DNA of 63,597 nucleotides, counting the filler, from Octopus bimaculoides (taxonomy: Eukaryota): NCBI RefSeq assembly GCF_001194135.2. It is 4 parts of 4 records of this genome, joined end to end, with 100 filler letters (N's around TTAATTAATTAA, not from the genome) between each part and the next. Parts side by side here need not be neighbours in the genome. Positions count along the whole stretch, not along the records: positions 41,080 to 62,443 come from NC_068984.1; positions 62,544 to 63,597 come from NC_068982.1; 2 more parts are not named here. One strand, written 5' to 3'. Position numbers and translations under genes: made by a program. The notes under the pieces are model-generated. The model did not search any database, had not been told where the DNA came from, and was given only the letters and a program-made list of their open reading frames with translations. Positions 51,471-63,597 of the stretch are shown here, one piece after another (the first letter of the stretch is position 1; every line of letters starts with the position of its first letter).

Positions 51471-53446
51471 GCTCTCTGAAATATCAAATTACTTCCTCAT
51501 CAAATTGGCCAAATGAAGATTTTGGTCTCTTGTAGGCATAACTCCAAGGAATACTCTTACTAGCCTGCCATATTGAATCGTTGTCCATTCTCAGTCAAAT
51601 TTTGGGTGGGGAATTTAAATGCCAAAACATTGGTAAATGTCTAAGTCTCAAGATGACAATACATAACCATCTTGGAATCTTATAATGTTGTTATTTGACA
51701 GCTTTGTCATACCTTAATACGTTAGCAATCTCTGTCTCTTTCATGATCACACACAAACACACAACACCTAAAGCAACGAGAGATGTGTGTGTGTGTGTAT
51801 GTGTGTGTGCAGTAACACATACACATACATTCTAGAAATGAACAAAAGCCAATTAGTGTAAATGCACTTAAAACTAAATTTCCTGTGAAATTAGGAAATT
51901 CAACTGATATTTATATTTGGGGAGGAAAAAAAAGAAAGAAAAAATTCATGTAATATTAATAATTAAGCCAATTACTAATGTTAAAGTTGCTTTCAATTGA
52001 TAGTATTGCCAAGTCTATATGAAGAATATAGCATATTGTATTCTAAATTATTGCTATGTTGTGCGTAAAAGCATGATCAAGATCAGCTATGTGTAAGGTA
52101 TGGTTAAGCTTGGGCTTACTCTAAATTATATCCCTGGATGAGATGTGCTAGTCCAGGCAGGCTGGGGAAAAGCTCTCAATTCAGATGCATCCATTTACTC
52201 TTGTATGTTAAATCAAGCTTTCAAACTTCATCATAAAGCTGTGTCCAATACAGAATAGTCTGATGTTTAGGAGTAATAATCTTTACAGAGAATAAATACA
52301 GAGGGAGACATAGTTCACATAGGCCCTTTGCATTCATTCTTGATTGATGACTTCAATCAGAATCCAAACGCCAAAATATTTCAAATTTTTAAAAGGGAAG
52401 CTGTATGATCGATTATATCTTTTTGAAAAAAGTGAGATGAAAATGTTATGATGGATCTTCAAATGTGAGCCAGAAAATGGATTGATTAAATGAAATTTAG
52501 GAAATTAAAATCATTGAGATACTCCTTTTGTCGCAGTAGATTTGTGATATAATAATCATATAGAGATAATCTTAGTAAGAATTGAGTGGTAAAATACTAT
52601 TCACTTGATAAAATATTAGTCACTTGCTACATAGTAGAGACACTAAAAAAAAAAAAGAAAAACCTATGGAAAAATTAGATTGCAGATAACTTAAAGCACT
52701 TAGCCTTCATGTTAACAATATAAACAAATTGGGATCGAGTATTTCAGTTCTTTTTAAAATAAAGGGCTAATGGGACATATAAAAAATTAAGATTTGTATA
52801 ATGTGAAGGCATTGTAATTGAAAATAGAAATTACTTGATACAATTAAGATTATGTATTCTTTAATTCCAACCTACATATGTTGGAAAGAAACAATATGGA
52901 GAGAAAACCAGAAGAGGAATCCTTAATTCTGCTTCCTACAGATAATCCCTAGACTTCAAAGGATAACTTTATTATAATATAGTTGTTTCATTTTGGATTA
53001 TTTTTACTGTTTTGTACATTACTAGGATTGGCAGAAACCTTAGAGTGCTAGACTAGAACTAATTTTAGTAATTTCTTTTTGGGGCCCCCTGTTTTCAAAT
53101 ACTGTGCAGGATGGCTCAGCCTTTTATCTGTCCATGATTTTTAAATAAGTATTGATATTATATTGGAATTGATTCAATTGGTTATAAAACCTGCTTTTAG
53201 ACAAACTAGCTTAGTGTCTAATCACAATCAGTATTATTGAATATAGTCTTCATTTTTAAATAGTGGTGTTTCATTGATTCAGAAAATCCCTCCAGAGGCC
53301 TTCAGGAAGTGGAAGGATTAGAAAATTAAATGAAATTATTGAAGTAAATTTTTCATTATAGATTCTAAAAGTTGGTAATCAGAAGTAATAGATGATATAT
53401 GAATAAATTTTGTTTATATAGAGCTACATTAATACGAAAACATAAA

Positions 53447-53566
53447 TTAGCACCATGATTTTTTTAAAGTCCAAGGAAGATTACAACAGCCATAGACCCC
53501 TCTACCATTTCCAGATAATGTGGTTGATGTAGGTGATGTTTTGTTTGAACTTCTACATGTTGATGC
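53447..53566 (-). CDS. Candidate terminal exon of a convergent gene (ASTCRSSNKTSPTSTTLSGNGRGVYGCCNLPWTLKKSWC-stop)
   Basis: Strong acceptor ttctcactttttctctacag; phase-0 frame open for 39 codons then TAA; no homology recognised. Confidence 0.38.
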   Translation of the reverse strand, partial: ASTCRSSNKTSPTSTTLSGNGRGVYGCCNLPWTLKKSWC

Positions 53567-55019
53567 CTGTAGAGAAAAAGTGAGAACTGCAGTTCTGGGG
53601 AGAAAGAATTGGCTGAAGTATTTCTTGGCAGATTCTCAGCTGTCATTAGTATTCCTGTTAATTATATTAAATGCATAAAAACCTGGAGAACTGAATATGT
53701 GTGACAAAGCCTACTATTCATTCAAACTTCTACTAGATAATGAAAAATGTGGGAATAATAATCCAGAAAAAATGTCTATAAGTAAAAGAATTTATTCTTA
53801 AAATGGAAAGAAAATTCTTTAGAGTTTTGTACTTTACTGAAATCGTACTATCTTTTTATGAATGCATTCTGTTTAAGGTTGTGAGTTACAAAAAGATGTA
53901 ATACACATTTTTTTTTTAATGAATCTCTCTGGCTAGTAATTTAGTACAATTTGGCTCTTCCATTCCTTACAATAACACAATACACAGTTGTCGTCAAACT
54001 AGTTTTATTCTTCAGAAAGATAGAATATTTCTGAATTCTCAGTTGCAACTGTGTAAATGCTCTTTTAAAAATGTGTATGGAAAAATTTAAAAAAAGTTAT
54101 TTTAGAAAACTTCCATTTAAAAAAAAAAATCTGCTTAAAATGATTTCACAAAAATGACTGCATTTGAAGTCCTCCTCCTCCTAATTTAAGGCAGTGCCTG
54201 TTTACAATGTATAACAATGTTTATACATTTACAAATTTCTCAAAGCTGAATTTCCATTGGATATTTAGCCATCCATCCTAAAATCTAAGGAATCTTCCAT
54301 CTGACTATATTAAGTCATCCACCTTAAGTGTTGTATAAAAGTTCCTGGAAATATCTTGTTATATTTTCATACTGATTCTTACAGAAAATTATTCTTTGTC
54401 TACATATCCCATGTTTTCATATCTGGCATTTAAGCTATCTTAAAGACTTCTTGTTCCTTTCAAGGAGGACTTGTTTAGCCTAGTTTGGTAACTGAGTTAC
54501 ATTGGGTTACCCACTATATGAAAGCTCAATATATTTTGTACAATTTGAGTAAATATTTTTTTCTAGTCTTTGTTTTTATATTTTAGCTTTTGTAATACAA
54601 CTTCCTAATTTTGATTCTAAGTCTGCTTTTTCTATGCTGGCTGTGTGAGAAAATGGTAATGGGTTAAGTGTGGCATGACTTTGCATCATTTCTATCATTC
54701 TAATTTTGGCTGTTTCTGCTGTCTCAGGGACTGCATTGACACGTACAACTAAACCATTGTCACCCAGCATTAAAGATTACTTTTCAATATCATTCCACCT
54801 ACTAAATACCATTTGTACAAACAAACTGATGATCTCAATAAAAATACATTTTTAAAAAGAAACATTTTCTTGGTTTTGCTTCATTTATTTAATTTTTCCT
54901 TATCGATTATTTGGATGTGGTCAGCATTATCTAATCCACGGTGGAAAGTGTGCATGAACACAATCTTGACTGTATTAACAGAAGGATTAATTTTATAAAG
55001 GCCCATTTGCAGATTACCT

Positions 55020-57060
55020 CAATGACAAATGATAACATTATTATTGTGACTGATGACTTCAATAGACATGTTAGGCAGCATCCTGGTCAATTTTAGGGCA
55101 AACATGGAGGTTACAGCTTTAGTTCTAGTAATGCAAAGGGACAAAGCCTGCTGGAATTCTATGATGCAATGATTTCTTGATCTGCAATATTAACTTCAGA
55201 AAACTAGCAAGCCAGCCACCTGATCACCTATCAATCTGATGGGCACACGAACCAGATTGACTACATTCTCACTAGGAAACAAGATAGACAGACTCTTGTG
55301 AATTGCAAAGTCCTTTGTGGGTGAAGAATGTACAACCAAATATTAGTTAGTGGTTTGTGACTTCAGAGCGAGAAGGACCGACAGACAAAACCCAGTCTCT
55401 AGAAAAAAGATATGGAAGCTTCAAAATCCAGCACAGTTAGAAATTTCAAGATATTCTAATGGAAGCATTTGACAAAAAGAAATTGAGATAGACACATATA
55501 GAAGACAACTGGAAGCTCCTATGGGACAACCTATTGAGGGCCACAGACTAAATTTATGGTTGGTGATAAGTCCTAACTAAACTGATGGTGATGTGGTGGT
55601 GGTTGTGGAACAGTGAAGGAGACTGAGGTAAAAAAGTGAAAAGACTGGCAAAAATGGAGGCAGCAGAAAATTATACCAGGTAGCCAGAAGAGAAGCTAGG
55701 TGTCAGGTTTACACTGCAAAAAGAAGAGATTTACCAATGTTCTACAGCATGAAGATCAGATGTGTAAGGTGTTCTGGGTTGTAAAACTGTATCAGAGAAA
55801 AATGAGAGGAAGGTAAGAAATATGTGCATATGGATAAAGGTACACTTGCACTTAGTGATTCTAAAAAGAAAGGGACATGGAATGGAAGTACTACTATGAA
55901 TGATTACTAAATATGGATGGAGAATGTATGAGAGGAAGAGGGTTTTCCCAACATGAACCAAATAAAGGAACTAGCTATTTTAGTTGACAGCAGAATGAAA
56001 GATAAAGCAATTAAGAATATAAAGGCAGGGAATGCTCCTGATTCATCACTGAGATGTTTAAAATATCTGGCAGAGTAAAATATATCCTAGTTAATCATGT
56101 AAATCAGGTTGTACAGGAAGGGGCCATACACAATGACTGGTGTAGCAACTATCATATGCTGGTGACCTCGTTTGTAAAGCAGAATCTGGAATAGAACTAG
56201 AAAAGAAATTCCAGGTGGGGTAGCGAAACCCGGAATCAAAGGGTTTTCAAGTTAATGGAGCAGAATCCAAACTTCTAGCAAGCAGGAAAACAGGACTATT
56301 GAAGAAAATGGCCCTGCTTGATATGTACAATGCAAACTATAGACACACAAGTGGTACAGTGGAATCACAGGAAGCTTAACAGAGAAAGTAGACTTCATAT
56401 GTGACAGGTGTGCCAGAGCAATAAAAAGAAGTGAAACAGATTCTCTCAAATACTCGAGATCCCTTAGGAGTATAGGTAGTTTTTTTTTTCTACTTAGGTG
56501 ACCTAATTAGCAGTGGAGGAGTATGTTCTGAAAGTATAGTTACTAGAATATAAACCAGCTAGAGAAAGTTTGGTGAGTTATCGTCACTGTTGGTAACAAA
56601 AGGCCTTTCCCTCAGGGTAAAATGCAGAATGTAAAATGACACTTGTGTACAAACAGCAATGCTACATACTAATGAAATGTGGGCTGTAAATACAGAGTAC
56701 ATGCAAAGGCTAGAAAGAAAAGAAGCTAGTATGCTTTGATGGCAGTGCAACATCAATATACATGTATGATAAGGTGCAAATGTGTTGAGAGAAAAATGAG
56801 CATGAGAAGAATCACATGTAGTGTACAAGAGAGATTACACTGATATGACCATGCAATGTAATATGGATGATGAAAAGCTGTATAAAAAAAAATGTTGATT
56901 GCTTAAAGCGGATGGAACTTGCTGAAGAAAGTAACCCAGCAAAGCATGGGATGAAATAGTGAGGGCTGATCTCAAGATGTTGAGCCTCATATTGGAGATG
57001 ACAAGTGACCAAGATGATTGGCATTTTACTGTGCTTAATAAAACCTGTCTATCACAGTGA
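55020..57060 (+). mobile_element. Decayed, internally deleted RTE LINE (APE endonuclease relic through C-terminus)
   Basis: Relics DFNRHV, LITYQS.GHTNQIDYILTR, YLGDLISSGG, LVTKGLSLRVK; many stops and frameshifts. Confidence 0.8.
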
Positions 57061-58328
57061 TAGTGAGGTCATAAAAGCAATATGTTTATGTCTAATCATG
57101 CACTGGGCCCTGCTCTGCACCCAGTCTGTCCCAAACAAGCTTTCCCCACCTCACATCATCTTAACACCAATCTCATTATCACTCCTCTAATAATAATACT
57201 ATTCAACTGCTGTAATCATGACAGCAGAATTTATATATATTTCTTTCCCTTTGTACTAGTTGTTTCTTCCCTGTCTGGAACCACTTCCTTTAATATCTAT
57301 CCCTCATCCTCAATATCATCCCTTCACACTTCATTTTTCTACTGATCACCCCTTTCTGTGTCTCCAGTAATCTATCCCTCTCCACTGAGCTTCATCATAG
57401 AATGCCATATTTCATCTTTAACACTCTCTCATATTTGCTATCATACTCAACACTCTCTCATATTTGCTGTCAATGTCTCTCCACACACACACACACACAC
57501 ACCTTTGCTCCTACTCATTATAGTCACCACTACATGCTGCCATCTCTGTCCCTGTACATCTCTCCCCACTCCAGCTCTCCCACCTTGCACATTATCATCC
57601 TTTTTTCTGATCTATCTGCAGGTTTATTATATTGCTGCTCTCCATCCTTCCTGTACTGCCACTTAGTATCACTTCCTTCTTAAGTTATTCCTTTTATTCC
57701 CCCCATCATCACCACTATATTGTTTTTACCATCATTCACATCTCCATTCTAGTACATCATTCACTACATCAATCTCTACCCCATCTCTAACCATCTGCCA
57801 TCCACCTCTCACAACTCCTATGAACTTATCCACTCACTTTCCCATACTCAGTCCATATTCTTTCATGTATTCACTTTCTTGTACCTTGAGAGTATGCTTT
57901 CACCTCATAAATACCTTTATCTTCTTTCCAACTACTCCTACCCACTCATATATAATAGCTGGGATGGGGTAGCCATGTATTTCTATAGCGAGACACCTGT
58001 GCCTGTCTATCTATCATACTTTAGTCTCTCAACACTTTGCATGTCACCTCCTCTACTACAACCCTATGAAGTTGAGTGGTTTCTTTTCCTTTGCCTTGTG
58101 AGTTTCTTTGTGACCTCATTAATGTTGGGAGTCACAAAAAATGCACCTAGTACACTCAGTAAAATGGTAGGCATAAGGAAGGGCATCCTGCCATAGAAAC
58201 GATGCCAAAGTAGACACTGAAGTTTGATGTAGTCTTTTGGGTTGTTGGATCCTGTGAAACTATCCAATCCATCCCAGTATGGAAGATGGATGTTGAATGA
58301 TTACGATGTGTATGTATGCATATGTATA

Positions 58329-59228
<900 letters not shown>

Positions 59229-59992
59229 TTCAGCTTGCCACCGGGCCCACCTTACTGTCCGCCGCCACCGTACGTCTACCCTTCAGGGCTCCTCTCGCTT
59301 CAGCAATCATAGTACACACTCTTCAAAATTACCTCTATTGCCAACTAACACCTCTTAACTTTTACATCACGACCTACCCATACACCTTCAGAATTCCTTC
59401 TAGCCTTATTTTTCCCTTGCTGCACACACATTTTCCGCCACCTCTCTCCCTGTGATGCTTTCGCAGCATTCATATATTGCTACTCCCCATCTTCCTACTG
59501 GAATGGTACCCTCTAGTATCTACTTCTCTCACAACCCTCTCCCCATACTTTCTGTCTCAACCCCAGAACACATTACCTCGTCTTTCTCCTTCTCATCTAG
59601 CTGCATGACTTTGCACACCTCTCTTTCCAAGACACAACGCACTTTTCAAATCCTCTTCCTCTGCAACATTCTTACATCACATACAAGTTCATTACTACTT
59701 TAGAAATATTAAGAAATAAGAATGTCTTATGTATTGAATTCCTGAAAGTTTGGATTCCATCGTCAGTGTAGGTAAATTATCCCAAACAGTACCTACATTA
59801 ATGCACCTTTAAATTGCTTCTTTTTTTTTTTTTTTACATCATTATTTTATCAAGTTTGCATGAATGTGAGGGTTACTAAATCAACCATTAAATACCCAAC
59901 CTTGTTTCCAAACAAGACAATAATCTCCCAGTCTAACAATCAACAAGCAACCCGGACACGTTTCATGTTGAAAACCGGAAGCAATCAGTTAC

Positions 59993-60053
59993 CAGCTGAA
60001 TAAGTCTTGACTTGTTTACGAAGATCGCACAATATGTCAAGAAGCCTGGACAT
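59993..60053 (-). CDS. Candidate 5' coding exon (MSRLLDILCDLRKQVKTYSA-)
   Basis: ATG with A at -3, open frame, phase-1 donor gtaact, located where CpGs reappear; no homology recognised. Confidence 0.22.
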
Positions 60054-60237
60054 GCTTTCGTGGTGAACTCCAAGCAAATAACACCGTCAGAAAACCATTA
60101 TTTACAAACTGACGAACGCGAGGGAAATACGAATTGATACAAACACGTGAATATATACAGGCTTTTGTCTATCAAATCCACTCACAAGACTTTGGCTAGG
60201 AACTATATTAGAAGACACTTATCAAAAGGTACTGTGC

Positions 60238-60395
60238 CAGGGGTGGACCCGGGGTGGGGGTGCTGAGGCGTACGTGCCCGCCTCAAGAAAAAAAGTGCGC
60301 CCTTCTAAATAATGTTATTACGCCCTTTTCTTCTGAAATTGTTTTCCCTTCTGACCTTGTGCCTTTCCTTCGAAAAATTCCTGGGACCGCGCCTG
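60238..60395. mobile_element. MITE nested in a SINE
   Basis: Imperfect TIRs caggggtggacccgg and ctgggaccgcgcctg (11/15); interrupts a family-B SINE, which resumes afterwards. Confidence 0.6.
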
Positions 60396-61212
60396 TATAT
60401 AGTGGGACTAAAGCTGAAACTATGTGGTTAGGAAGCGAACACCTTTACTTGTGCCTGTATGTTTACTTGTTTTTTTTTCTTTAGAGAACTTCATAAAAGT
60501 AAAAGTATTTACCATCAGAATTTTTCGAGACCCTAAAGTGAAAGCTTTCCTATAATTTGAAAGTATAGTAAGGAATGGAAAATAGTGGTTAGTAAAGTGT
60601 CTTCTAGAGACTTTAACGTACTCAGTGTAATGTTTCCAGTTTTTAAGTTAGATCTCCCAAGCATTTTGACTGCATTTACAATCAGCGTGACCAAAGCATT
60701 ATTAATTAGCTAAGTGTATCGAATGTTTATAAAAGAGAGAACCATTAACAGCATATACACGATACACATTTCAGCAAAATTATAGCCATCTTCAGCACTT
60801 TATTCCGGATGACATAAGGATATAAAGCTCAATGAAGACCACACATCATGCAGACGGAAACCTATGAAGGTGTACCAAAAGAATTTGTCACAATAAACTC
60901 ATAGCGAGCACAAGGAAAACTATATTTTGGGAAGTCATCGATGTGATGTATTATTGCTGGTATGACATGTCGAGCGTAATAGTTATAGAATTTCAGAACT
61001 AACTGTAAGAAATTCTGCTACAGTAATTCTTCCAGCATTTTATTCATATCTCAGTTCAGATCTGTGCTGTCGGTATTACCGTTGAAATGAGAATATGTGA
61101 ACAATTATTTAAAGATACGCTTATCTATACAACAGTTAAAATAAGCTTGACTCCACTCTAGAGATATTCATATTTTTAAAATTTCATTTCATTATATTCT
61201 CATCTCCCTTAC

Positions 61213-61231
61213 TCCTTGTAATCTGGAAGAT
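61213..61231 (-). other. Candidate 19-nt micro-exon
   Basis: Flanked by gtctgtctcttgtatttcag and gtaagg; coding status unknown. Confidence 0.22.
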
Positions 61232-63597
61232 CTGAAATACAAGAGACAGACTGGACAACTGCACGAGTGGCCGTTGTTTTCAGCACGAATCACGGTTTAT
61301 GGACACACGTGTAAAGAGAAATGTTCTCCGAAGAAGAAATACAACAGTGATCAGTACATTGAGGTTTGAATCTGCCAGAATGTATCAAGAATGAATAGAT
61401 ACGTTATTGTTAGTTTATTGATTCTCGCTGTTTTGTGTTCACCTTATAAATTAAATAACTTATTAATTCATATAATTCTTTTTTTCTTTACCTTGGTGCA
61501 GTACAAGTTTTAAAACTACCTTAAATTTATTAAACACAGCAATTTGTCAACCCCTCTTTTTTAATTCTCACAGCCACTCTCCCTTTTAAACCTCAGTAGA
61601 AACGTTGTCCTTGAGCAGACCATAACAATGATGTCCCCTTCGGCCGTACTTTGCCTGACAAGCCATAAGTACTGGTTGTGAAATAAGAGATTAAAACTTT
61701 AGTTTTCTTCCACACCAGTTTAACGTGCTTTTAAAAAATTTTTATTTAATGTTATTATTTAACACTTAAGTACTCGTAATATAAATTATTATCTCAGGCA
61801 ATCTTTCGGATTGCGTAAGTTCTGTAACACCCTCTTTCCTTGGTGCCCTCTTTGTTTTTAAGACAAAGTAAGGTTAATCCTGCTTTGTTCACAGTAGTAT
61901 AACAATTTTTGTTTTCTGTCACATTCAACTTACGTCAGAGCTTGTTGATATAAGTGTTCCTCCAATATTACTTGTGTTGACATCTATTAATTATTTAACC
62001 ATAGAAAGAAATCTTTGGTAAATTTTGGGAAGTACACACCCACGCGTGTCACTAAGAAAAAGAGAAAAATAACCTCGGATTTTTGCGTGGAATCAAGTAC
62101 CTTGACTTCCTAGTGTGCCTCAAACTCCTTGTCTTTGTTCGAAAAAAGGTGGGGTTGGACCCCCTCCCCATCCAGGAATCATTGGAAATTTTTTTGGTTA
62201 ATGTTGACATTATTACCCGGAAACAAAATCGAAAAAAAAAAAAAAATAGTGCAACGGGTGTAAAAAAAAAAAGGTGTAGGAAACGAATATGAAAACAAAA
62301 ATGCCCGGAAAGCAACGGGGTTGGGAAAGGCCTTCGGAAAATTCACAAGATCCGATGTTTTTCCCGCATAACTTTTAGGAAAATGTTTTTTTTTTTATGA
62401 AATTTTATGTAAATACCTTTCAAACGGTATAGGTTACAATTATNNNNNNNNNNNNNNNNNNNNNNNNNNNNNNNNNNNNNNNNNNNNTTAATTAATTAAN
62501 NNNNNNNNNNNNNNNNNNNNNNNNNNNNNNNNNNNNNNNNNNNAAAATAGACAGATAAAGTAAGTACCAATCCTCTAAAAAACTAAATACTAAGGCCATT
62601 TCATTCGATTAAAGATTCTTCATGGTGGTGCCCCAGCATGGCCGCTGTCTAATGACTGAAACAAATGAAAAATTATATATAAAAGATGAATATAGGTGGA
62701 GTTTTTTGAAGAGGATCCCAAAAGCGTGACGTACATGACATCGCACAGAATAACTCTTTTCACCTGAAAATATTAAATGTTAATTCCATTGAATTTTTCC
62801 AGAGCAGAATAAAAATGCCTCATGGTGTTTTCTTCCACTGATCTTGAAATTTCCCCCCCCCCCAAAAAAAAAATAATAAATAAATAAAAGGAAAAAATGC
62901 TAATGAGTTTGCTGGAGAGAAATGCCTGTGGTCACAATTCTCATTTACCTGGTGTGACGTGCGTGACAAAAATGGATGTGACGGCTTCAAAATAAATATT
63001 TTTTTTTATTTGTTCCAAATAATGTAGACCTGGAAGAAATTGTCCTAATATTGATATCTGGTCCAGAATTAACCGTTTTATTTACAGGTAAATATTGATT
63101 TCTCCGGGCATTCCAAGAACTTTTGAAAAAAGCTGTTTTAGTTTGACTTTCATGAGAATGGTGCTATTCTTGTAGCTCAATACTCAACTCTTGTTACTCA
63201 GTATTGTAATTATCATTGGATTAACCATTAGGCAAAATGAGCTCGTGCTTAGGGGATCAAGGGAGGAGGAGGAGGCACGGAAATGGTAAATGGTCTATGG
63301 CAGAAAATAAATCACTTTAAACTTGCTAAAGTAATATTCGAGAAGCCTTATCTCAACTAAGTATAGAAACAGATGTGTTACGTAAGATTAATTTTGAGGA
63401 TCAAAGAAAGAATTTGCAACTACAAGAGGTAAGATAAATTTTTTCAAATATAAATAAAGTAGTAAAGATTGTTTGCCAACATAACATAGCAGTCCTGGCT
63501 TAGTACAAATGTTGCTGTAATTTAGCCCCAGGAGACATTGTCTCCAGCTGGCTATACGAAACGATCTGTGTCCCTATATTTTCAAACAAGGGAATCT

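Noticed and set aside
62040-62443. Odd homopolymer-rich tract with ORFs on both strands
   Set aside because: Inflated homopolymers next to a gap suggest low-quality read-end sequence.

Overview
This is a eukaryotic, AT-rich, microsatellite- and SINE-dense draft scaffold with eight N gaps. The repeat families look cephalopod, most likely Octopus (my recognition, not a database result). I found no rRNA, tRNA gene or CRISPR array. Most ORFs in the supplied track are artefacts of microsatellites, gaps or decayed retroelements. Manual splice-phase reading supports three things. (1) A minus-strand multi-exon gene (about 38.1 to 23 kb) encoding an EMI-like domain ending in CCKGW plus five EGF/NIM-like repeats, with no transmembrane exon found; it resembles Nimrod/EGFL7-type proteins. 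(2) The 3' end of a plus-strand gene (50.1-51.5 kb) with furin-like Cys-rich repeats, a transmembrane helix and a short tail; its 5' exons were not found. (3) Weaker evidence for a convergent minus-strand gene (53.4 to about 61 kb). A symmetric NRF1/ETS/YY1-type motif cluster at 37.37-37.45 kb lies inside an intron of gene 1. It is central to a CpG-retaining zone flanked by CpG-eroded zones. Mobile DNA includes R4/Dong-like, RTE, CR1-like and Penelope-like retroelements (one next to a hammerhead-like motif), a mariner relic, several MITEs and four SINE families. I cannot claim a proven new system; the leads are listed with tests.
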